Assembly (NCBI GenBank): GCA_951406725.2
Contig: OX597819.1
Coordinates: 3,348,001-3,412,000, forward strand
Direction: 5' to 3'
Source of the DNA: Octopus vulgaris
Taxonomy: Eukaryota
DNA length: 64,000 bases
Shown: positions 54,538 to 64,000 of the stretch, piece after piece
How positions within the stretch are numbered: the stretch's first letter is position 1
Layout: every line of letters starts with the position of its first letter
Made by a program: the position numbers and the translations under genes
Notes under the pieces: model-generated
What the model was told of the DNA's origin: nothing
Seen by the model: only the letters and a program-made list of their open reading frames with translations
The model's database searches: none

Positions 54538-55116
54538 AACGTTGAAGTGCTCGAAAGGAACACATACCGGTAGGTATCTTTTTGTAGCGAAACTGCTGAC
54601 TATGACGGTAACCATTATATTTTGATATTTCAATGATTTCTACTCATAAATACCGAAGCATTAGTTATTTTAGTTTAATGACTCTATATATAATTACATG
54701 CACTTATTTCTTCTGTCACCTAAACATGTCGTATTTCATAATTGCTGTTTTCTTTTCTTTTTCCTAGTATTATGTTTTAGACGACTATCTTGGCCATCAT
54801 TCCACTTTACAGATTATATCTTGTCAGTTATTTCGTCGGAATTCTGAACAAGGATTTACTTTAATCTGTTCTAACCTTTGGCATGTACTTGTTTACGTGA
54901 ATGACACCAAATGGAGAGAATGATAGAAAATGGTGTGCAAAATAATAGAATAACAGAAAAAAGTAGTAATTAGGAAGAAATGGGAATATGTTAAGGGTAG
55001 ATGGGAAAAAAGGAGAAAATTAGATGGAAAGAGAGAGGGAGAGAAAAGAGAGAGAGATAAAAAGAGAAAATGCAATGAGGGAGAGAGAGGGAGAGAGAAA
55101 TGGAGAGAGGAGAGAA

Positions 55117-55159
<43 letters not shown>

Positions 55160-56329
55160 AAGAAACAGATTGAAGTAAATTGACAAAGAAAAGTAAATCA
55201 TTGAAATGTTCGTGAAGATACATTTGAGCGCAAAAGGATTTGTTGGAAATAATATGCAAATTAGTGGTAGAGTGGAGTATATTGAAGATAGGAACTCTGC
55301 AATAACTTTTTACAATCAATTTTAGGTAAGAATGTAAGTCTTAATAGAAAGTTTACGAAAAAATTTAATTAAGCTTTAAGTTGATGAGAAATACAGCTGA
55401 AATAAAACCCTAGATTATGAAAGTTCTTAGTATTATTACACGGATCGTATACAAAATAGAACACCGATGCAAACAAATTATTTCGCATGACTCCACAGTG
55501 AAATGGAAGATTGCACGTAAAATGTTGATTCGCCAGTTTTAGGATGATTGAAAATTTTAAATTATATAGTGAGAGCGATAATGTGATGAAGCAAGTAATG
55601 GAATGTAAGTTAAACTGCCGACGGAAGCTCCAAAGACTTATTTCAAGACCGAAATATATCGAAACACAGACGAATAATTTAAAATTCAGCAAATAAGAAA
55701 ATTAAGTGGACCTGTAACTAAATAGCACATCAAATGATTTTTAAATTACACCTTTGAAGATTTCTTCTTTTCAAGTGACTAAGATTCAAATTAAATTAGT
55801 GCAAGAAGTAATTGCTAGAATTTAGTTATTCTGATTTGCTTTCATGACATTATTTAAAAGCTGACTCACAGAATCAACATCTTAGGTGTTAAATACAGTT
55901 ATAAATACAAGAATCATAAATAGGCAACATATGTTCGATAAGGGAATTTATCGTGACTAAAAGCTGTAAAATTATTAAATATCACCATTTGTTCGCACTG
56001 TTGCCAATAATTTGAAGCATTTCTAAATATCTCTAATGGCTATCACGTCTCTGTCTCATGACTCGAGGTTATTGATCAAGTAACCTTGCTTCCAAGTTGA
56101 TCAAAAGCCACACATATACTTTCCATTCTAAGTACAAACATATTTGTCGGAAAAAGAGAATGGAGGTAATTTACGTTGGTTGATTCGGATCTCCCGCTGG
56201 TTGAGAGAGAGGTGTACCGAAGGGCTTTGAAAAAAATTTAGTTAGTCGCTTTTCTAAAAACTCAACGTCAAAGGGATAATTTTCCTTTTTATTACCTGCG
56301 TTTTTGGAAGTCTGTTTGCGTAATCTGTC

Positions 56330-57377
56330 TTTGGGAGTTTTGGGGAAAAGCTTCCTAAAGCCTTTCCCATTGGTGAACGTTTTCTGTTGTTTGTAATCGA
56401 ACCCGTGAATTCGATGTCTCTAGTCCGAGCAACAATAATGCTGAAGTAGGATGGTTTATCGTTTGTGCTTTGCTGTCGGTAGTTTAATTTATATCTTTTT
56501 TTACTTACTTTTGTGATTGTGGTTGTGTTTGCAATTTTTGTTCAACTTGTAGTTACTTCTGTTGCTCCTCCGTTTGTGGTGGTGGTGTGGGCTGTTGTGG
56601 GACTGGAACAATTCAATCACCCTTTAAATATAACCATTTTCATCGAGGAGCTGCTGCTCTTTTCATGTTACTCTTACGCCTGTCACAGACCTCTTTGCTT
56701 TATTGCCTCGGTATTAGTCGCTCCACAAGATTCTGTAGTAGAAGAGTTGGAGGGGAGTCTGATACTATGTGTGCGTTTGTGGTTTGCTCTGAGGAAATTT
56801 GAGGTAATTGCTGGGAGATTTTCTTTGGAGGCTGATTTTGTAGCCGGAACCGTGGCTGCTTTGGGGATACTTGTTGTTGGAGATGTTGTAGTGTTTGATG
56901 TTTCTACTGCTGCTTTTATAAAATTTGTTCTACTTTTTGTCCCTCGCTGTTGTAGTTTACTCTGTCTCTGCTGCTACTGCTGCACTTATGGTAGATTTTT
57001 TTGTTGGTTTTGTTGTATACTTTTGATGTTTGATCGACAAATATCTGGGCCTTCTTTTTGCTTCCCTTTATTGTTGTGGTGAAAAGGACTTAAAGTGATT
57101 GCTGCTAAAATATATGTAATAACCTTGGTCTTCTCTTCTCCACCATAATGTACAATGGTGTCCACTTAGGAAATCTATAAAACTTGAAATTTTGTCAATG
57201 GGTTTTGGTGTAACTTGGATGAGAAGTTCCAATCTTATTCCAGGCCAGCTATTCTGACGGTGCGATTTCATTTCTAAAAAGGAATCAGATTTCTCTAAAG
57301 CAGTGGTTCCCAACCATCATTTGCCTACGGACCCCTTTGATTTCTATTTTACTCTATTGGACCTCCATAGCCATTTG

Positions 57378-57434
<57 letters not shown>

Positions 57435-58200
57435 CTTACTGTGTTTTTATCATTAAATATTATTAGGAATTGTATTAAAAAATGTACTGTAGAAATATAA
57501 GCAATTTATTGCACATAAGTTTTAACAAAATCTTGTATGGAATCCCATGGGCCGAAAGCTCTAGAACAACGTATGCTGTCACCGCAAGATGTCCAATTCT
57601 GGTGACATATCGCTTCACCGAGAATGTTACGATACGTCACTGTGCGGCGTATCGTATCCTGGATAGTCTCATGGTGGGTATTTAGCTTTACAACTATTCC
57701 GTCTCTCTCGACTAGCTGCCTAGCATTTTCAAGTTCCCCTTCAGAGAACTGTATTCTCTGAAGAAATGACTTGACTGTTCCAGCGAAGTTTAGCGCTATA
57801 CCAAGCCGTTGCACCGGATTGTTTCTCATTTCATTCGTTGTTTTTATCGTTGTTGTTGCTTTTGTTGCTGCCGTTGTTGTTGTTGTCACCTTTGCTATTG
57901 TTGTTGTAGTTGTTGATGGTGCTGTTGATGTTGTTGCTGCTGTTCTTGCTGTTGTTGTTACAGCTGTTGCTGATGTTGTTGTTACTTGTACTCGCAACGT
58001 CCGTTGCTTCGTTCACGAAAGGGATCTCATTGTTTACATTTTCGAAATTGCCATTTTAATTTCGAACAATGTTGTCGAAAACGCAACCGTTGTTTTTCCG
58101 AAGAGCTTCTAAGAGATCTTTCTCGAAAAAATTGCTGTCTTTGTTGTTCTCTATTTTCAACAAAAGTACAGTTGTCGTCTGTTTATTTTTTTTGGCGCTA
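56330..58200 (-). mobile_element. Degenerate 5' part (ORF1) of an L1/Tx1-like LINE
   Basis: VERDGIVVKLNTHHETIQDTIRRTVTYRNI resembles ITESEGIVKINIPEDILENEKRRTIIYKIV of the 32.7-kb ORF1; same Thr-rich N-terminus. Confidence 0.6.
57301..57558 (+). mobile_element. hAT-like MITE fragment inserted in the ORF1 remnant
   Basis: CAGTGGTTCCCAACC terminus; CTCTAAAG / CTCTAGAA possible 8-bp TSD; right TIR not visible. Confidence 0.4.
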
Positions 58201-58530
58201 AGTCGTTTTCCAAATTCGCACTCTCCCTTATTGACGTTTGGTGACGGTCCTCACTCTCTCCCCCTCTTTCACATATGAGCGTCACCGTGCTTTGTTGTGT
58301 TTTCTGTATGTTGATAGGGAAAAACACACAACTATGACTGAAAAAAAATCAATTCACCTGTCCCTCCAAACTGGGGGACAAAACAGGAAAATAAACTCAC
58401 CACGCAATTGACCTGTTGTCCACGATGGTACTAAGTTGAAGGACGCAAATGCATTTTTCTTTATAAAATCCACGGAACAAGGTCAAGCGAGGCTTGCCAG
58501 GCTGGCGGCCATAATAGTAATAGTAATAAC

Positions 58531-58580
<50 letters not shown>

Positions 58581-58582
<2 letters not shown>

Positions 58583-58848
58583 TGAAGAAGGCGAAAAGAG
58601 TGCCAGTTATTGTCGGGTCCTTGGGAACTGTATCAGAAGGCATCAAGAAGAATATAAAGGAAATTGCAATAGAGTGCTCAGTAGAACTGTTACAAGAGGT
58701 TTACCCCCTTGGCATGGCCAGAATAATCAGGGAAGTATTAAATAGCTGAAAAGAATGGATAGCATGGTACCGTAAGGCTGCAGGTAGCAAGCTCACTACT
58801 CACGCAAGACTCCAGGAGTTCCAAAATAACCTGTGATAAAAAAAAATC
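58581..58848 (+). mobile_element. R4/Dong-like family A 3' end in (AAT)n
   Basis: Homologous to 2870-3030 (VPVIVGSLGTVSEGIKKN), followed by stop and 3' UTR. Confidence 0.8.
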
Positions 58849-58903
<55 letters not shown>

Positions 58904-58921
58904 TTAATAATAATAATAATA

Positions 58922-59319
58922 ATGAGCAAATATAAAGATCTGGAAATAGAAATCAGCAAAATGTGGAACCTGAAGACTAAAACAATACCTGTTGTCATAG
59001 GTGCCCTGGGAATGATAGCAAAAGGGGCTGATTGCTACCTAACTCAGATACCAGGAAACCCCAAAATGGCAGAAAATCAAAAAATAGTGCTCATGGGAAC
59101 TGCTCATATCCTACGCAAAATATTTTCTTTGTAATCTCAAGTTTTAAAACAAACATAATTTTCGTATGTTTTTTAGGCATTCACTAGTACAACACTAAGT
59201 ACAAAACCAAATATATGGCACCCTAGGCATAACACCAACATGAACTTCCAACTTGTTGTCTCTTGAGGTCTCTGGGTGAGACTTGGAGCCAGCTTGTGTA
59301 AATGTAAAGCAAAAGTCAA

Positions 59320-59323
<4 letters not shown>
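58922..59323 (+). mobile_element. R4/Dong-like family B 3' end in (AAT)n
   Basis: SKYKDLEIEISKMW...IPVVIGALG...QKIVLMGTAHILRK* plus a distinct 3' UTR. Confidence 0.85.
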
Positions 59324-59369
<46 letters not shown>

Positions 59370-59371
<2 letters not shown>

Positions 59372-59692
59372 CCCTGATACAGTATCAGGCAGTGGCTCTC
59401 ATCTTTACTAATTGGAAGTGTTATCATGTACATTGTTTTGTCTTTGTATCAAATCTGGGCTACAACAAATACTCTGCTCAATACCACAGATTTGCTTGTC
59501 AGTTGAGCCTGTTCCTTAGTGGCTGACGATATGTGCATCTCTCACCACGAGTAGAAGTAGTGGGGGCGCATCATAGCCATGTGTTGAGAGTAATTCTTTG
59601 GGGGTTGAATAATTCACCTCTGGAAATATAGGTGTTTCGTTCATCATCCCCAAATAACCCTTATTCAATACCACATGTACTATTCTCTCACT
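59370..59692 (+). mobile_element. ~555-bp element, copy 4 (internally deleted, diverged)
   Basis: Same 5' TGCCCTGAT and 3' TCTCTCACT ends, (AAT)n on both sides. Confidence 0.78.
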
Positions 59693-59693
59693 A

Positions 59694-59744
<51 letters not shown>

Positions 59745-60549
59745 TTCCACAAGGGCAGCTTGGGGGAGGGGATTAAGTCGATTACATCGACCCCAGTGCG
59801 TAACTGGTACTTATTTAATCGACCCCGAAAGGATGAAAAGCTAAGTCCACCTCGGCAGAATTTGAACCCAGAACGTGAAAATGGACGAAATATCGCTAAT
59901 GATTTCACCTGCGTGGTAACGATTCTGCCAGCTCACCAGCAATCATTTCCACGCTGGGTGAAATGCTTAGCGGTATTTCGTCTGCCGTTACGTTCTGAGT
60001 TCAAATTACGCCGAGGTCAACTTTGCTTTTCATCCTTTCGGGGTCGATTAAATAAGTACCAGTTACGCACTGGGGTCGATATAATCAACTTAATCCGTTT
60101 GTCCCCTCTGTGTGTAGCCCCTTGTGGGCAGTAAAGAAATAGGTATTTCGTCTGCCATTACGTTCTCAGTTCAAATTCAGCCGAGGTCGACTTTGCCTTT
60201 CATCCTTTCGGGGTTGATTAAATAAGTACCAGTTACGCACTGGGCCATGTAATCGACTTGATCCCTTTATCTGTCCTTGTTTGTCCCCTCTATGTTTTAG
60301 CCCCTTGTGGGCAATAAATAAATAAATAGATAATAATGCTTTCAAATTTTGGCACAAGGCCAACAGTTTCGTGGAAGGGTGCAAGTTGATTACATCGACC
60401 ACAGAGTTCAACGGGTTCTTACTTTATCGACCTCGAAAGGATGAAAGGCAAAGTTTACCTCAGTGGAATTTGGGCCCAGAACGTAGACACGGACGAAATA
60501 CCGCTAAGCATTTTGCCTGGCATGCTAACGATACTTGCAGCTCACCGCC
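59745..60549. mobile_element. Cluster of four SINE family 1 units in both orientations
   Basis: Minus ~59745-59940, plus ~59953-60140 and ~60143-60320, minus ~60340-60549. Confidence 0.8.
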
Positions 60550-60597
<48 letters not shown>

Positions 60598-60598
<1 letters not shown>

Positions 60599-61359
60599 GC
60601 TCAGGACTCAAAGCAGAGACAGAGGGATTTTTAATTGCAGCACAAGACCAAAGCCTCCCCACCAGAAATTACCAAAAACATGTAATGAAAAGAAATATAA
60701 CAAGTAACTGCAGAATATGTGGAGATGGACAAGAAACAATAAATCATATTATCTCTGGCTGCCCAGTCCTGGCTAAGAAGGAATATATTCATAGACATGA
60801 CAGAGTTGGAACCTACATACACTGGAAGCTATGCCAACATTATGGAATAACAACAGAAAAAAGATGGTATAGGCACACACCAGAAAAGGTCACAGAAAAC
60901 GAGAAAGCAACCATACTCTGGGATATGCCAATACACACAGATAGAGAAATTAAGACCAACAGACCAGATATAGTTGTCAGAGATCATGAAGAAAAAAATG
61001 CTTTCTAATTGATGTATCAATACCGGCAGATGACAACGTGTCTCTAAAAGAAATGGAGAAACTTTCAAAATACAAAGACCTGGAAATAGAGGTAACCAGA
61101 ATGTGGAATCTAAAAACAGAAACAAAAGGTGTATTAGGCATGATAAAAAAATATTCAGACAAATACATAACAAAAACACCAGGACTTACAAACACATATA
61201 ACATACAGAAAATTGCACTACTAGGCACTGCACACATCCTACGCAGAACACTTTCCATACAATAACCATCAGAGCATCACAACAAATCACAGCACATACC
61301 CAAGGCACACAGAGCTGCGCTCGGTAGTGAAGTGAAAGCACGATATAAAAAATATACTA

Positions 61360-61362
<3 letters not shown>
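60598..61362 (+). mobile_element. R4/Dong-like family C, short 5'-truncated copy
   Basis: Near-identical to 62794-63570; (AAT)n on both sides. Confidence 0.9.
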
Positions 61363-61413
<51 letters not shown>

Positions 61414-61416
<3 letters not shown>

Positions 61417-63567
61417 ATGTTCAAGGCATTTACTGCAGTGATATCGCAAAGGCTGAACAAGCACCTGGATGAAAACAAACTGTTCCCAGAAGAGCAGAAA
61501 GGATGCCGCAAGGGCTCATATGGCTGTAAAGATCAACTAATGATTAATAAAGCCGTAACTGAAGACAGCCACAGAAAGAAGAAAGGCCTCAGTATGGCCT
61601 GGATTGACTACAAAAAGGCGTTTGATAGCATCCCCCACACATGGATCCTCGAAACACTAGCCATTAACAAAGTAGCACCAACAATCATAAAATTCATAGA
61701 GCACTCTATGAATAAATGGCAAACAGTCCTACACCTCCAAACAAAAGAGGGACTCATGAAAACCAAAGACATCCCCATTAGAAGAGGAATATTCCAGGAA
61801 GACACGCTCTCTCCACTCCTTTTCTGCTTGGCACTGTCACCTCTATCTGATATGCTAAATAGAACTGGATGCGGATATAAATGTTACGGCAAAACGATCA
61901 GCCACCTTTTATATATGGATGACCTAAAACTATACGCTGCAAATGACAAACAGCTGGAAACACTATTAAAGACAGTTCATGGATTTACCAAAGAAATAGA
62001 TATGAAATTTGGATTAGAAAAATGCGCCAAAGTAACCATGAAAAGAGGAAGACTAGTTAAGAGTAACAACATCACACTAGATAAAACCAATGAAATAAAA
62101 GAATTAGACCAAAGCCAAACTTACAAATACTTAGGAATCCATGAACTAGATAAGACACAACACACACAAATGAAAGAGAAAATAAAAAAAGAATATTATA
62201 GACGAGTTAGATCAATACTAAAAACAGAGCTCAATGCTAAAAACAAGATAATAGGTATCAACACTTTAGCTGTCCCAGTTATAAGTTACAGCTACAATAT
62301 CCTTAACTGGACACGAAATGAACTGTCCAAAATAGATAAGAAAACAAGAAAAATACTGACAGGATCTAGGATGCATCACCCAAAATCTGACATAGAAAGA
62401 CTATATATACAACGTATAGAAGGTGGTAGAGGCCTTATACAGCTGGAAAACTACTATAAAATAACCACCATAGGACTGCAAAAATACCTACTTCAGAAGG
62501 AAGGAAAACTGATCCAGATAGCAGTAAAACACGAGCAAAACAAAAAACTGTTCTCAGTATTTAAGGAAGCTGACAAATGCAAACAAGAAATCATACCACC
62601 TAATAAACACAAAGAAGAAGAAGAAGATGATGAAGAAACAACAAAAGCTATAAAACAAATGAAATCCAAACTAAAAATAGAACAGCAACAAGCCATGATA
62701 AAACGATGGCAAGAAAAGCCCCTTCATGGTAAATACTGCACTAAACTAAACGCAAAAGAAATAGACAAAGAAAAATCCCAGCAATGGTTGAGAAGCTCAG
62801 GACTCAAAGCAGAGACAGAGGGATTTTTAATTGCAGCACAAGACCAAAGCCTCCCCACCAGAAATGACCAAAAACATGTAATGAAAAGAAATATTACAAG
62901 TAACTGCAGAATATGTGGAGATGGACAAGAAACAATAAATCATATTATCTCTAGCTGCCCAGTCCTGGCTAAGAAGGAATATATTCACAGACATGACAGA
63001 GTTGGAACCTACATACATTGGAAGCTATGCCAACATTATGGAATAACAACAGAAAAAAGATGGTATAGGCACACACCAGAAAAGGTCACAGAAAACGAGA
63101 AAGCAACCATACTCTGGGATATGCCGATACACACAGATAGAGAAATTAAGGCCAACAGACCAGATATAGTTGTCAGAGATCATGAAGAAAAAAATGCTTT
63201 CTAATTGATGTATCAATACCGGCAGATGACAACGTGTCTCTAAAAGAAATGGAGAAACTCTCAAAATACAAAGACCTGGAAATAGAGGTAACTAGAATGT
63301 GGAACCTGAAAACAGAAACAATTCCTATCATAGTAGGCGCATTAGGCATGATAAAAAAATATTCAGACAAATACATAACAAAAACACCAGGACTTACAAA
63401 CACATATAACATACAGAAAATTGCACTACTAGGCACTGCACACATCCTACGCAGAACACTTTCCATACAATAACCATCAGAGCATCACAACAAATCACAG
63501 CACATACCCAAGGCACACAGAGCTGCGCTCGGTAGTGAAGTGAAAGCACGCTATAAAAATAAAACTA

Positions 63568-63570
<3 letters not shown>
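61414..63570 (+). mobile_element. R4/Dong-like family C, long 5'-truncated copy
   Basis: RT + CCHC + restriction-like endonuclease + 3' UTR between (AAT)n arrays. Confidence 0.92.
61417..63473 (+). pseudogene. RT-CCHC-RLE polyprotein fragment; frameshift at the A-run ~63188-63194
   Basis: EQKG, IDYKKAFDS, GIFQEDTLSP (G>E versus the usual QGD), YMDD, KYLG, CRIC..HIISSC, RHD, RPD..LIDVSIP..KLSKY. Confidence 0.9.
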
Positions 63571-63645
<75 letters not shown>

Positions 63646-63646
<1 letters not shown>

Positions 63647-64000
63647 GCCCTGACCCATCAATGGCTAATGGCCTCTGGCTTAAAATCTGAAACAGAAGGG
63701 TTTATCATAGCAGCCCAAGATTAATGCCTACCTACAAGGAACTACCAGGCCGACATATTAAAGAACGGCAGTAGCCCAAAATGTCGTGTATGTCAACAAC
63801 AAAATGAAACCATTGATCATGTTGTCTCCAAATGCAGTCTTCTAGCGCCTACAGAGTATCTCAGCAGGCATGATAGAGCTGCACAATATATTCACTGGGT
63901 AATTTGCAAAAGCCTGGACTTGCCCCATGATAAAGACTGGTGGGAACACAAACCACCTCCAGTGCTTGAAAATGATCACATCTCACTCCTCTGGAACTTC
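63646..64000 (+). mobile_element. Another R4/Dong-like 5'-truncated copy (not family C), runs off the window
   Basis: HQWLMASGLKSETEGFIIAAQD*, CRVC..ETIDHVVSKC, RHDRAAQYIHW; begins at (AAT)n. Confidence 0.88.

Overview
Repeat-saturated, AT-rich eukaryotic DNA. The SINE/LINE/microsatellite mix resembles an octopod cephalopod genome (inference from pattern recognition, not a database search). I cannot support any host protein-coding exon, and most listed ORFs are microsatellite read-throughs. Real content: (i) a near full-length L1/Tx1-clade LINE (~32.47-38.59 kb) with an intact 1145-aa ORF2, sitting inside a (TATC)n array; (ii) several families of R4/Dong-like RLE retrotransposons and a ~555-bp non-coding element with fixed ends, all inserted in the same orientation into (AAT)n arrays at 0.2-3 kb and 58.5-64 kb; (iii) Penelope-like (GIY-YIG) remnants and short palindromic derivatives carrying about ten minimal hammerhead-ribozyme motifs, mostly in or near (TA)n; (iv) five Tc1/mariner elements plus a fragment, one with a spliceosomal intron and two inverted copies sharing a near-identical patch; (v) a non-autonomous Helitron, RTE fragments, candidate solo LTRs and several tRNA-derived SINE families, one sharing its 3' tail with the Tx1 LINE. 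Identity estimates are by eye.
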